From the IMG/VR virus record IMGVR_UViG_3300047470_000115, positions 15,488 through 79,487 of that record: 64,000 nucleotides of DNA; one strand, written 5' to 3'. Source of the DNA: a virus. Under the pieces are notes generated by a model. That model did not search any database, had not been told where the DNA came from, and was given only the letters and a program-made list of their open reading frames with translations. Of the stretch, positions 36,633 through 46,608 are shown piece after piece. Position 1 is the stretch's first letter. Every line of letters begins with the position of its first letter. The translations under genes and the position numbers were made by a program.

Positions 36633-37156
36633 TGCGCAGCACCCCTCGACTCTGCTTCACGGGCTCCAGGTGATGACCTGTATTCGGGGAGGTTGTATAC
36701 CTCATCCTTCGCCATGCAGCATGTCGGTTCAAGCACCACGTTGCGCCCGGAAGCGTCCGCCTCAAGGACGATGTAGCACTTCCAGGCACGAGTGCGAGAC
36801 CGGACAGTCCGGCTCGCCTCGCCGAGTGGGTAGAAGATTACCTTCGAGACCATGATCTGACCCCGAGGGAACTGTCCACTGCACTCGTCACAGGTGACTT
36901 CACCCTTACCAACCTTGGTGTGGCTGCGCTGCGGAATGTTCCACTCGTCAGACTTGCCGAGGCATTCCGGGCACAGCCAGTCAACCGTTCGAGACCTCTT
37001 CTGGCTCGACGGTTCACCAAGCATATGAAAGGCGACCTTCATCACGAAGATTTCAGATCGCCTCACGTCGTTGCCACACCTTGTGCACCTTTTCATGGTG
37101 TCACTGGCAGCATTGACGGCCTTTTTTAGAGTCACCCGTACCTCGCTTGGGACCAT
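36629..37156 (-). CDS. tandem Zn-finger-repeat protein
   Basis: Two copies of CxxC-x(~9)-I-x(3)-KV.F..LGE.S...RSRT..W.C. Confidence 0.7.
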   Translation of the reverse strand: MVPSEVRVTLKKAVNAASDTMKRCTRCGNDVRRSEIFVMKVAFHMLGEPSSQKRSRTVDWLCPECLGKSDEWNIPQRSHTKVGKGEVTCDECSGQFPRGQIMVSKVIFYPLGEASRTVRSRTRAWKCYIVLEADASGRNVVLEPTCCMAKDEVYNLPEYRSSPGAREAESRGAAQ

Positions 37157-37506
37157 TCGCCAACTTCCGAACGGAACCTTTTGCGACGCTCTTCAAGCAT
37201 AGGCGCCCGAAGCACTCCAGTGTGGCGACGAAGTTCGGCGTCGCTCAGTAGTGGAGCCAGACACATAATCGCAGCCAGGAGGGCGGGATCGTCTTCCTCG
37301 GATACAGTTTCTGTGTCGATGGGTTCTTTTGTTTGAGCGGCTACCCCGACAGGGGCGCTACTAAACTTGGGAACACCCTTTCGAATCGGTTTTACCTGCG
37401 CCGGTTCTGCTGTCAAGCGACGAGAGGCCCGCGCGGTTACCTTCTTGACTGGTTTGTCATTGGGGCATTCGCACGGGCTCTCACAGCAGATCAAGCATTC
37501 GTCCAT
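37132..37506 (-). CDS. hypothetical protein (N-terminal CxxCCxxPCxC)
   Basis: GAGG RBS before MDECLICC. Confidence 0.6.
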   Translation of the reverse strand: MDECLICCESPCECPNDKPVKKVTARASRRLTAEPAQVKPIRKGVPKFSSAPVGVAAQTKEPIDTETVSEEDDPALLAAIMCLAPLLSDAELRRHTGVLRAPMLEERRKRFRSEVGEWSQARYG

Positions 37507-37555
37507 GACGACCTCACTAAATCCGCTTCGCATCGTTCCATGGTCGATTATAGAC

Positions 37556-38242
37556 CTATCCCCCGGTCGGGGCAAACCTATTCGGCTGAGCGGCAATTCG
37601 CTTAACCAAGGGAAGTTCGACGTTGTTGACCTCGGCGAGGAAGTCCGCATCCATACCGGCGCGCAGGCCCTTGATCAGGCGAGACAGAACCTTGCTGTCC
37701 AGCGCCTCGATCTTGAAGTCGAGAGGATGCTTGGTTACCGGCACCGCCTTGGCAGTGGTCACGCGGGTTCGGGCGCCAAGTTCCTGCACCGAGTGCGGTA
37801 CCTCGCAGCCGGGCGTGGCACGCTTCGGGATCTCACCCTTGCGCATCTTCAGGCGCTCGGCACCTTCAGCCATCACGGCATGCGGCGACTTCCAGAACGG
37901 CTGGTCCATCAGGAAGATGCACTTGGCGATGCCGAGGATCTCGCCCTTGGCCTGCTCCTTCTGGGGCGGGTCAGTCTCGGGGTCAACTGCGCGGTCAACC
38001 GCCAGGTCGAGCTGGTCCCACTGCATCTCGCGAAGACTCTTACCAACGGGCATGAACTGTGATGCCTCTCGTGCTCCGAACGGGCAGGGCCCGTTGGTCT
38101 CATGCTTCAGGAGGATGCCGTCAGCCTCTTCTACGGAGCCAGCACACACGTAGAAGTTGCAGCTGATCGCACTGCAACTTACCGAGTACGGCCAACGAGC
38201 CGAATCGTACGTGTTAGTGAAACCGCGAGTGTTAACTGGCAT
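37556..38242 (-). CDS. hypothetical protein
   Basis: MPVNTRGF start overlapping the upstream gene; GC3 bias. Confidence 0.65.
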   Translation of the reverse strand: MPVNTRGFTNTYDSARWPYSVSCSAISCNFYVCAGSVEEADGILLKHETNGPCPFGAREASQFMPVGKSLREMQWDQLDLAVDRAVDPETDPPQKEQAKGEILGIAKCIFLMDQPFWKSPHAVMAEGAERLKMRKGEIPKRATPGCEVPHSVQELGARTRVTTAKAVPVTKHPLDFKIEALDSKVLSRLIKGLRAGMDADFLAEVNNVELPLVKRIAAQPNRFAPTGG

Positions 38243-38597
38243 CCGTGGGACCGTCTTTCTGGGTGAACGTGAACGCCTTGCCGTCCTCGGTGCGGATGAT
38301 GCCCCATGCTTCCAGCATGGTAGAGTACACGTCCCAGAGGTGCGACGCACGCAACTTGCGCACGTCATCCAGCTTCGGGTCCGGCTTGGGATCGTCAGGC
38401 GGTCCGTACTCGTCTACGATGTTGTTTGCGTACTGCAGGAGGATGCGACGAAGGTGCGTGTACCTGTGCTCCCAGGTGCGCTCCTCCCCCTGGATGGCCT
38501 CGTCATTCTCGACCCACGGCTCTATGGCGGTGTTGCACGCCCAGAGGAGGTGCTTAAGGTGAGCCAATGCTCGATCCACCGTAATCTCCTGATCCAT
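38232..38597 (-). CDS. hypothetical protein
   Basis: AGGGG RBS; GC3 bias. Confidence 0.65.
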   Translation of the reverse strand: MDQEITVDRALAHLKHLLWACNTAIEPWVENDEAIQGEERTWEHRYTHLRRILLQYANNIVDEYGPPDDPKPDPKLDDVRKLRASHLWDVYSTMLEAWGIIRTEDGKAFTFTQKDGPTDAS

Positions 38598-38621
38598 TGC
38601 TAGCCCCTACCCCATACAAAG

Positions 38622-38659
38622 AGACCTGCACGGCAGCCTTGCGACTGCCGTGCAGGTCT
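38622..38659 (-). terminator. intrinsic terminator
   Basis: 15-bp stem agacctgcacggcag/ctgccgtgcaggtct with a U-rich tail on -. Confidence 0.75.
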
Positions 38660-38673
38660 TCGAACTTCTGATA

Positions 38674-39177
38674 CTACGCCGACCGCTGAAGCGAGGCCGC
38701 CTCGATGCGCGCCCTCACGTCGGGCGACACGCCCTGAAGTGCGTTGGACGACTTGGTGTTGCTACCCGAGTCGTTGTGGTCGTGCGCGAGGGGCTCGTGG
38801 TCGATCTTCTCATGCTCGACCAGTGCCGCCTCGTCACTCATGCCGTTCACCTTGTCGAGCGACCAGCCGTGAGCGTCGGCAAGGTGGCGCCGCACCGTGG
38901 CCGCCTTGGCGGGGTGCAGGCTACGCTTGCTGACGAGACGAAGGCGTGTCTCGGTGGCCTCGAACCCGAGGATGTTCCCGCCCTCCACGAGGATGGGAAC
39001 TCCGCGACCTCGCGGATTGAAGAACACCAGAGGGTCCTTGATGTTGACCTTGAGATTCTTGATCTCCCCCGTCTTGGAGACCTCTTCGTCGTCCTCGATG
39101 TATCGAAGAGTGATGGTCTTGCCGACGTAGGGGACCAGCTGCTCAAGGTCGAACGATGTCTGAGTGTCGCCAGGCAT
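38674..39177 (-). CDS. hypothetical protein
   Basis: GAGGAG RBS; strong codon bias. Confidence 0.75.
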   Translation of the reverse strand: MPGDTQTSFDLEQLVPYVGKTITLRYIEDDEEVSKTGEIKNLKVNIKDPLVFFNPRGRGVPILVEGGNILGFEATETRLRLVSKRSLHPAKAATVRRHLADAHGWSLDKVNGMSDEAALVEHEKIDHEPLAHDHNDSGSNTKSSNALQGVSPDVRARIEAASLQRSA

Positions 39178-39336
39178 CCCGTTTTCTCCTCATCGCCGAA
39201 GGCCGATCCGACTACCATTGCTCGACAGTCTCTCAAGACTTGACCGCCGTTACCGCTAGTATGCATATTACCGGAACACACCGCACTCAGCAAGCGAAAT
39301 AAAACGGGGTGTTGCGGGTACGGTAACGGCGGGCTC

Positions 39337-42213
39337 TTATGACAGAAGCCTCTCGCGAAGTTTCTCGGAGACGAGATGAACATCCTGCGGACCGCTGACG
39401 ACCACCGTATCAAGGCCATACGCCGAAGGGCTATCCGTGTTAATGCCCACACCCACGAGGTGAATTCCGGCAGCCTTGCACAGTTCGATGTTGTCCGTGA
39501 GGATATCCAGTTCCTCGTTGTAGTTGGCTTGCGGCATGCGGCCGTCAGTGAAGTAGAAGAATACCTTGTCGGTCGCTCGAATCCCCTGCATCTGCTTACG
39601 GTAGAACTCGAGCGTATGTCCGTCGAGGTTCTCCGAGTCCGGGCCGAGAGTCGACACGGCCTCACGCGCACGAGCACTCCACGGCTCATTGAACGGCTTA
39701 CACTCGTACATGTTCGCAACGAGCTTCGTGTCGTACGTCATGACAGGCTGACGGCTACGTCCGCGCCCCTGCCACTGCCTCCACTGCCACTGCGCCGAGT
39801 GACCCCAGACTGCGAACTTGACACCAGGCAGGGCGTTCATCGCATCAGCCATGACCAGGGCACACTGCTTGAGTAGCAGGAGGTTTATGCCGGTCGTGCT
39901 GGCCGACAGGTCAATGCCCATACCAACTGCATACTCGCGCTTAGCGGGACGCTGCTTCTTCTGGAAGACGCGATCGTCTCCGAAGGGGACGCGTCGCGCC
40001 AGCATCGAGCCTGCAATGTCGCCAGTCTTGCGGTTTCGAACCTGACTCGACCTTTTATTGAAGTCGAAGATCGGCCTGACCGCACCAATGAAACGACTGA
40101 TGTCCGCAATGCTCGGCTCGAATGCACCCTCGATGCCGAGCTGCGCATTGTTGTAGTTCGCAAGCGACCGATAAGGCTCGTAGGCATGCGTCCAGGCGAG
40201 TGCTGCATCTCGACCGTTCTCGTCGAGTGCATGTCGATCTGGGCGTGAAATCAACAGGCCAGTGACATCTCGACGGACAACGTCGAAGGCCATGATCTGG
40301 GAATCTGCTGTTCCCATCTCCTCTTCGAGTGTCTTGATCTGCTCTGGACTGACGGTGTCCTTGCTGGCCGTAGCCTGGTGGGCGAACTGCTCGAAGCCCT
40401 TCTCTAGATCTTCCGGCGTGCCGTACTCGCTCGGATCGATCTGCTGCGGCTGGCGGTCTAGAGGCTCATCACCCTTCTCGTCAAGGTTCTCGCGATCGAA
40501 GTCCTCGTCCTCGTCGCCATCCCACGGACTGTCTTCGGAGTCGTCGTCGCCCTGCTCTGTCGAGTCGGAAGCCTCACCATCAGCCTCGCCGTCAACTTCA
40601 CCGTCAGAGTCGTCATCAGAGTCACCGTCACCCTCGCCTTCGCCAGAGCCGGTGCCGCCCGATCCACTTCCGCCATCGGGCGCCTCGTCCTCTCCGTCAC
40701 CGTCCCCGGTATCGGGCGTGACTGATGAAGAGGAGTCGTCGTCCCCGTCCTCCGAGCCATCCTGGGCCGGTTCCCCGCCACCGTCCGACGATTCCGAATC
40801 GTCGCCTTCACCCTCAGATTCCTCGCCTGTGCCGCCAGGGCCACCAGAGTCCGACTCCTTGTCGGCATCTTCGGCGTCTCCCTGACCGCTACCCTCGTCG
40901 GCGTCGTCGCCGCCTTCATCCTCGTCGGACTCATCCGACCCCTGGCCGCCGTCAGCGTCGTCGCCCTCGTCGGAGTTCGACTCATCATCCTGCTGGTCAG
41001 TACCACCAGACGAGTCAGACTCCTCGGCATCTTCCGACTCCTCGTCGGACTCGCCATCACTCTGGCCGCCGTCGGAGTCGGAATCCGAGTCAGACTCTTC
41101 TTGCCCGTCGTTGTCACCAGAGTCTTCGTCGGAATCCTCGTCGGACGAGTCATCGGACTCTTCGAACTGAATTTCAGTCTGTTCGCCAGGTCCAGCCGAG
41201 TCGTCCGGCTCGCTGTCGTCCTCATCCTTCGGCTCGGGCTGCGGCTGGGGCTCGCCGTCCTGGTCGTCCTCGTCCTCGTCCTCGCTGTCCTGCTCCGGGA
41301 AGAACCCGAGCTCCTGCGCGATAGACAGGAAGTCCTGTGATGCATGGAAGGCGTCGCGAACGGTCCTCATGCCGCCTTCGAGCGACCTCGCGAACTCCTG
41401 CATGACGGGATTCTCGATCGCCTCTACGACCGGCTCGCTGTACGCAGTTGGCACAAACGAATCCAGCACCAGGTTATAGAACGCGACCACGAGCTGGACG
41501 TTGAGGGGCTGACCCCTGAAGGGCATCCACACCTTCTCGCCCTCGTCACCCTCGATCATCTCGCCGCCGGACTCCTGGCGACGGATAATGTCAGCGCGAC
41601 GCACGCGAGCTGAACCAGGGCGAACCTTACCCATCTTCAGGTCGACGCGCACATCTTCCATGATGTTGACGATCGCCGGAAGATACGGCGACGAGACGGC
41701 TGCGACAGTCATCCAGTCGGGCGACCGCATCAGTGCCTCGCGGAGCTTCTCACCCGTAGCCTGATCGACCTTTCCGGTCGAGATCATGCGACGGATGGCA
41801 GACATGATGTCAGCATCCTTAGCGGGCTCGAAAGTATTGTGTGCTACGTGCGAGATCTCGTGAACCATGCGGGACATAACGAGATCGTTGATAGCGCAGC
41901 GCCTGCACCTCGACTCGCCATAGGAGGTCCGAAGATCACAGAAGTTCGGCTGGTGCGAACCGGCCTTGCCGAGGGCGAGAGGCGGACGCACGTAGATGTC
42001 CTGGTTGTCGGTCCAAGACTTGTCCCATGTCAGCCGCACTCGAAGTGAAGGCCGCTTAGTGACTACCCTCGCGAACGACTCAAGCATCGGACGCATGGCT
42101 GCGAACTCCTGCGCCGTCTGTCGAACCAACTCGCGCAGGGCGTGATTCGCCATGTCCTGCGTATCGACTGCAACCTCAAGGGGATCTCCCCCCTCGTACA
42201 CACTGCTAACCAT
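39337..42213 (-). CDS. CobT-like VWA protein: HExxH N-terminal domain, ~290-aa Asp/Glu/Gly/Ser linker, C-terminal VWA
   Basis: HEISH and NIMEDVRV in the N-terminal domain; DLSAS MIDAS motif; FTDGRMP; VGVGI. Confidence 0.9.
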   Translation of the reverse strand: MVSSVYEGGDPLEVAVDTQDMANHALRELVRQTAQEFAAMRPMLESFARVVTKRPSLRVRLTWDKSWTDNQDIYVRPPLALGKAGSHQPNFCDLRTSYGESRCRRCAINDLVMSRMVHEISHVAHNTFEPAKDADIMSAIRRMISTGKVDQATGEKLREALMRSPDWMTVAAVSSPYLPAIVNIMEDVRVDLKMGKVRPGSARVRRADIIRRQESGGEMIEGDEGEKVWMPFRGQPLNVQLVVAFYNLVLDSFVPTAYSEPVVEAIENPVMQEFARSLEGGMRTVRDAFHASQDFLSIAQELGFFPEQDSEDEDEDDQDGEPQPQPEPKDEDDSEPDDSAGPGEQTEIQFEESDDSSDEDSDEDSGDNDGQEESDSDSDSDGGQSDGESDEESEDAEESDSSGGTDQQDDESNSDEGDDADGGQGSDESDEDEGGDDADEGSGQGDAEDADKESDSGGPGGTGEESEGEGDDSESSDGGGEPAQDGSEDGDDDSSSSVTPDTGDGDGEDEAPDGGSGSGGTGSGEGEGDGDSDDDSDGEVDGEADGEASDSTEQGDDDSEDSPWDGDEDEDFDRENLDEKGDEPLDRQPQQIDPSEYGTPEDLEKGFEQFAHQATASKDTVSPEQIKTLEEEMGTADSQIMAFDVVRRDVTGLLISRPDRHALDENGRDAALAWTHAYEPYRSLANYNNAQLGIEGAFEPSIADISRFIGAVRPIFDFNKRSSQVRNRKTGDIAGSMLARRVPFGDDRVFQKKQRPAKREYAVGMGIDLSASTTGINLLLLKQCALVMADAMNALPGVKFAVWGHSAQWQWRQWQGRGRSRQPVMTYDTKLVANMYECKPFNEPWSARAREAVSTLGPDSENLDGHTLEFYRKQMQGIRATDKVFFYFTDGRMPQANYNEELDILTDNIELCKAAGIHLVGVGINTDSPSAYGLDTVVVSGPQDVHLVSEKLRERLLS

Positions 42214-42305
42214 TTCGCGTCACGCCCCAAAGTATTACGCCCCAACTTCCACTGCCCAGCCCGGAGGCATCGCTACCCCCGGACCAGGTCGAAGCTGCTG
42301 GTACG

Positions 42306-42575
42306 TCAGTTCGTGCGGAGCTTCTCGCCGATGATCTCCAGGCCGACCTCGTCGGACAGCTCGGCCAGTCGCTCCAGCGCCGCCCGGTCCCACGTGGACA
42401 GCTGCGCCTTCTCGTCGAGGGTCAGTCGCTCCCAGAGGAGCGACGCGAACCCGAGGGCTGCCACCGATGCCTCGGCAGGCAGCTCGTCGACCAGCTCGTA
42501 GGCGACCTCGGGGAACTCGGGCATCGCCGACTCGTCGTCGAAGACCGTGTGCGTGTTGATGGTGGACTCAGTCAT
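42306..42575 (-). CDS. acidic hypothetical protein
   Basis: GGAGG RBS; very strong GC3 bias. Confidence 0.7.
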   Translation of the reverse strand: MTESTINTHTVFDDESAMPEFPEVAYELVDELPAEASVAALGFASLLWERLTLDEKAQLSTWDRAALERLAELSDEVGLEIIGEKLRTN

Positions 42576-42828
42576 TGGATTCCTCCGAGTTGATACCTGT
42601 TGCGTCACCGACGGCCTGCGTGGACTCGTCGGGGCTTGTGGGCGGCGCAGGCCAGTAGAGCTCGACCTGTATCTTCGAGTGCATGAACTCGATGGCGCCG
42701 GTGTGGGTCGCGGCCAGCTGGTCGAAGATCGGCGTGCCGGGGTCTGCCTGCGGACGTACGAACCAGTCAGCCGACTCGTCGGTAGTGGGCCTGGGTCCTG
42801 TTCGCTGGAAGAATGCTGTCGCGTTCAC
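42568..42828 (-). CDS. hypothetical protein
   Basis: GAGGAG RBS then GTG (NATAFFQR). Confidence 0.55.
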   Translation of the reverse strand: MNATAFFQRTGPRPTTDESADWFVRPQADPGTPIFDQLAATHTGAIEFMHSKIQVELYWPAPPTSPDESTQAVGDATGINSEESND

Positions 42829-42836
42829 GCTGCTCC

Positions 42837-43178
42837 TCAGTGTGAGAACTGGTTTCGGCGCCCCCATGGACGTCGCTCTGCGGCCAGAGCCAAGTTTTCC
42901 ATGTTGCTGATCTGCTTCAGGTGAACGGGGTTGCAGCACCCCTTGTTGTTGCACTTGTGGTCAACAACAAAGCCTTCGATCAGGTCACCCACCCAGTGAT
43001 CGAAGGCTAGTCTGTGAGATAGAACCGTCTTGCCGCTCGCAATGCAGAAGCGACCGTACCCCTTGCCAGTGACAGATCCCTGCCACACCCAGCAGGGACC
43101 GAGTTCCCAGTCGGGATCTGTCACGATTCTGACCCGGCGAACCTTTGCCAGGAACTTGTCTAGTTGCTCGCGTGTCAT
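42837..43178 (-). CDS. HNH endonuclease
   Basis: CWVWQG...GYG...HRLAF...VDHKCNNKGCCNPVHL...EN. Confidence 0.9.
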   Translation of the reverse strand: MTREQLDKFLAKVRRVRIVTDPDWELGPCWVWQGSVTGKGYGRFCIASGKTVLSHRLAFDHWVGDLIEGFVVDHKCNNKGCCNPVHLKQISNMENLALAAERRPWGRRNQFSH

Positions 43179-43238
43179 CGTAGCCTCCCCGACCAGATCT
43201 TAGGAGGCTACGATGACGAAACCATGCGCACAACTATT

Positions 43239-44846
43239 TCAGCCGACGCGCGTTTTGACCGTTCCGCGTACCAAGTCGCGTTCGCGCGGGTCGAGGAAGT
43301 TGACCAGCGCGATGTCGTACGCCTTAGTGAGCGGCCAGATGCGAGACAGCTTCGCCACCTTGATGCTGTGACGGACACCCCATGAAGTCGTGATCGAGTG
43401 ATTGGCGGCGAGGCCACGCAGATCTTCGGCGATCCCGACGATCTGATCGAGCGTCTCCTCGCCGATCTTCCAGCCGATGTCAGGGTCGTCGGCCCACTCG
43501 CGCAGAATCTCGCGCTCGATATCGAACGGCGGATAGTCCACAGCGAGGTGCGCGAGACGAGAACTGTCTGCGTCGGCGATCATGTCAGCGCCCACGTTAC
43601 GTGTATCCCAGGCAGGGTTCATCGCCAGGGCGAACACCGAGTCGGGATGGCGCTCGATGATCTCGCCAGCGTTCTTGTCGATGACGAACTGCTTCGAGTT
43701 GTCCGTGAGTGGACGCACCGCCTGCCAGACCTCGACCGGCCCCACGTTGGGCTCGTCAAGGCAGATGACACCGGGCGACTGCCACGCACGAGGGAGGCGA
43801 CCGTGGGCGAACTTGGTCGCGTTGTCCTGCAGGGTGAACTGGCCGACCAGTTCCTCGACCTCGGTGCTGGCCGTGATGCTGATCCGATGGAACGGCAACT
43901 GCATCAGCCACGCCATGTGTCGCAGGACTTCGGTCTTGCCGACACCTGCCGGACCCCACAGGGCGGGCGTCTCGTCCATCTCCCACCACAGGGCGGCGAG
44001 CATGAACACAAGGCCCAGGTAGTCGATGAAGTTCTCGGGGTGCTCGTCGTCGCCAGTGGTCGGTACCAGAGCCTGCAGGTTCTTGGGGAATCGCGCCTTG
44101 TCGTAGACCGGAATGAACACCGAGGCTCCAGTGTCATGGTCAACGATCTCACGCCATGCCCTTATGCCGCGATCCTTGTCCTCGACACTCAGGGTGCGAT
44201 CCGTCGGATACTGTGACGGATCGACGAAGTTGACACGCTCCGACTTCCACCGCTCCAAGGGTGTCATCATCTTGAAGTACGCGTCAACGAGCTCGGGGAT
44301 GAGCCGCATCTGACCGTCCATCTGACGATTGTGCACCGGCGTACCGCCGTAGCGCATCAGGCGAACAGCCGACCCGCACCGCTGCGACTTCTCGGCGACC
44401 TGCCCCTGAAAGACCAGCTCGTTGCGTGAGCTGCAAATGCCGGTCCCCCGCCAGCCGAGACGAACCGTCTCGGCCCTGTTGTAGAAGATGCACTCCGTAC
44501 AGGTCTCGACCTTCGGGATTCCATCGTTCTCGTCATCCTCCCCGAGCATGACCTGTGCCGCAACAGCCTCCCTACTCGGGAGCGTGACAGGCGGATTCAC
44601 CTTCGACCAAGTCACAGTCGACGGACGGGGCAAGCCGTACTCCTGGCACTTCCCCGCCGTCGCCTTGCGGAGTCCGTCGGCCTGCCTCGGATGCATCTCT
44701 TCACGTCCGAGAATGTACCCGAACCTTGCGCAGTGGTCCATGCCGGTTCGAGTTCCGAAAAGCTTCTCGGACTCGGGACCGTCAGGAACGAACGAAGGGC
44801 ACCCTACGCAAGAGCGCTTCTTCTCGCCGACAGCCTCGGTTGTCAT
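43239..44846 (-). CDS. MoxR/CobS/CbbQ-like AAA+ ATPase with Cys-rich N-terminal extension
   Basis: Walker A GPAGVGKT, Walker B ICLDEPN, AMNP sensor; two CxxCxx(F/Y) modules at the N-terminus. Confidence 0.9.
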   Translation of the reverse strand: MTTEAVGEKKRSCVGCPSFVPDGPESEKLFGTRTGMDHCARFGYILGREEMHPRQADGLRKATAGKCQEYGLPRPSTVTWSKVNPPVTLPSREAVAAQVMLGEDDENDGIPKVETCTECIFYNRAETVRLGWRGTGICSSRNELVFQGQVAEKSQRCGSAVRLMRYGGTPVHNRQMDGQMRLIPELVDAYFKMMTPLERWKSERVNFVDPSQYPTDRTLSVEDKDRGIRAWREIVDHDTGASVFIPVYDKARFPKNLQALVPTTGDDEHPENFIDYLGLVFMLAALWWEMDETPALWGPAGVGKTEVLRHMAWLMQLPFHRISITASTEVEELVGQFTLQDNATKFAHGRLPRAWQSPGVICLDEPNVGPVEVWQAVRPLTDNSKQFVIDKNAGEIIERHPDSVFALAMNPAWDTRNVGADMIADADSSRLAHLAVDYPPFDIEREILREWADDPDIGWKIGEETLDQIVGIAEDLRGLAANHSITTSWGVRHSIKVAKLSRIWPLTKAYDIALVNFLDPRERDLVRGTVKTRVG

Positions 44847-44858
44847 CCCGCACACCCC

Positions 44859-45305
44859 TCACTCGGCGGCCTTGCATTCCTTCTCGTACCGTCGATAGTA
44901 CGGAAGAAGGTCCACCTCTAGATTCTTGACATGTTCAGTAGTCTTGTCGTTCAACTTGTTCTGCCGGTCCTGAAGTTTAACCAGCCTCTGGAAATCCTTC
45001 TCCGCGATGGCCTCATGAGCCTGACTCATGAGATCGAGTTGCGGATTGCCAGCATCCCCCAGACCTGACGCCGCCTTGATGATGGCATCCAGGTTCTCCA
45101 ACGCCTTCATACAAGAGCCAGGCGTCTTGTACTTCGTTACCGTCTTCGTGTCACCCTTTACAACCTCGGTGACTACAGGTGCCGGTTCCCTCTCCGATTG
45201 GTCGGGCCCATCGGGACCCCCGGGGGCGGAGCACCGTCCCATACTGAACACCATGGCCCCCACGAGGACCACCGCACCCGCACACCTGAGCGGAGTCATC
45301 GTCAC
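44859..45305 (-). CDS. secreted/lipoprotein-like protein
   Basis: Hydrophobic N-terminal signal followed by GRC; helical C-terminal part. Confidence 0.65.
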   Translation of the reverse strand: MTMTPLRCAGAVVLVGAMVFSMGRCSAPGGPDGPDQSEREPAPVVTEVVKGDTKTVTKYKTPGSCMKALENLDAIIKAASGLGDAGNPQLDLMSQAHEAIAEKDFQRLVKLQDRQNKLNDKTTEHVKNLEVDLLPYYRRYEKECKAAE

Positions 45306-46024
45306 TCCTCGGTGTCGTCGAGTTCCGCCATGGTCTCCAGGTAGTGCGGGTTATCGCGCAGGCAGATGGGACCGATGCCAAGTGATGTCGACTGCGGGTC
45401 GGTCAGCTCCTTGCCACATACGCCGCAGTATCCTTCCTGGCGTCCATAGATGATCTGCATCTTCGGGCCCTCAATGAAGATCTTCTTGAGGACCAGGTTG
45501 ATGTGATCTGCCATGCTCTCGACAATCGACGCCCAGGGCTTTACGCCTCGGTTGTCAATCAGGAGAACCTCGCGCAGCTTAAGCTGCGTCTTGGCCGTGC
45601 GCTTCGGCACGGACTGAAGGCGCCAGCTGACGATCTTCTTCTCGTCACCCTCGCCCTCGGTCTGGACACCGATACGCCAGAACTCGTAGGACTGCCCGTC
45701 AGGCTTCGCCATGGCGAAGTAACCTTCAGGGATACCCATGATCATGTCCGGCTGCCACTTCAGGTGCTGAAGTCCGCCGGTCTTCTGTGGCTGCGCCACG
45801 GTCATCCCTCCTAGCCCACCAGTCCCCTTACGGAGATTAGCCACGTACGTAAAGCACTCATCGAAGGACATGGCCGCAGCCTTAACGAGGTCGCCACGCA
45901 TGCGCCTCACCTCGTTAAGCATGCTCTCGGTCGGCTTGCGCTGACCCTGAACACAACTCCGAACCTCGGCAACACTTTCGTGACTGTGAGGCTCACCCCC
46001 CGACGTGCAGCGAATCCTTGCCAT
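45302..46024 (-). CDS. hypothetical protein with C-terminal DUF6011-like Zn finger
   Basis: YG...CGVCGKELTDPQS...GIGPIC. Confidence 0.75.
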   Translation of the reverse strand: MARIRCTSGGEPHSHESVAEVRSCVQGQRKPTESMLNEVRRMRGDLVKAAAMSFDECFTYVANLRKGTGGLGGMTVAQPQKTGGLQHLKWQPDMIMGIPEGYFAMAKPDGQSYEFWRIGVQTEGEGDEKKIVSWRLQSVPKRTAKTQLKLREVLLIDNRGVKPWASIVESMADHINLVLKKIFIEGPKMQIIYGRQEGYCGVCGKELTDPQSTSLGIGPICLRDNPHYLETMAELDDTEE

Positions 46025-46048
46025 GAGACCCTAACCTCCGGATCAAAT

Positions 46049-46083
46049 CGGACGCACGCATTGCACGCATTGGCGCATCATAC
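46049..46083 (-). repeat. conserved upstream element, copy 1 (contains a -10-like TATGAT on -)
   Basis: 28/31 identical to 50878-50908; 18/18 identical to 55342-55359. Confidence 0.8.
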
Positions 46084-46096
46084 ACTATGGACAAAG

Positions 46097-46130
46097 TCAG
46101 GCCCCTCACTCACGGGAGTGAGGGGCCTGA
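46097..46130 (-). terminator. hairpin terminator
   Basis: tcaggcccctcact(c)/(g)agtgaggggcctga. Confidence 0.75.
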
Positions 46131-46149
46131 TGCTCATTGTGGATCTCGC

Positions 46150-46608
46150 CTAGGAGCCCAGACGTTTGATCTGTTCCTTGCGTGCAGTGTTCATCATGGG
46201 GTGTCGAGACGACCCAGGCCGGTGACACATCTCCTCATGGGCGATGCGTTCCATTACCTCGTCGGGAGACTCGACACGACCCCGGTGAATCTCTTCCACC
46301 GGCCTGTCAGTGTCAGTCAGAGCCGACGTGTCGTTTACGACACTCCAGGTCTCTACGACCTTCGTCAGCATCACGGCACGAATACCCTCGCGGGCGAGGA
46401 TGCGACCCCGCCGAGTGCGAGTGAACTCTTTTACCGTGAACACCAACTTAATGAGTGTCGGTGTGGCGATCACGCGCGCCAGGGTATCCTCCCTGACTTC
46501 GCTACGCTCCGCGTGAACCAGGATGCCAGTATCAGTCCGAACTCGACCAATGACTTGCATGGGAGTGAGGTTGTCAACGCCCCCGTACTGCAGCTGCCCA
46601 GTTTTCAA
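46150..46608 (-). CDS. hypothetical protein
   Basis: 4-bp overlap with upstream ORF; ends just before a terminator. Confidence 0.55.
   Translation of the reverse strand: MKTGQLQYGGVDNLTPMQVIGRVRTDTGILVHAERSEVREDTLARVIATPTLIKLVFTVKEFTRTRRGRILAREGIRAVMLTKVVETWSVVNDTSALTDTDRPVEEIHRGRVESPDEVMERIAHEEMCHRPGSSRHPMMNTARKEQIKRLGS

Noticed and set aside
42837-43178. HNH as part of a group I intron or intein splitting AAA/VWA
   Set aside because: Both flanking genes are complete and the HNH has its own RBS; it is free-standing.
39337-44846. Cobalamin biosynthesis (cobS/cobT) auxiliary metabolic genes
   Set aside because: No cobN or other cob genes; the architecture fits the general MoxR-VWA family, so no gene symbols were given.
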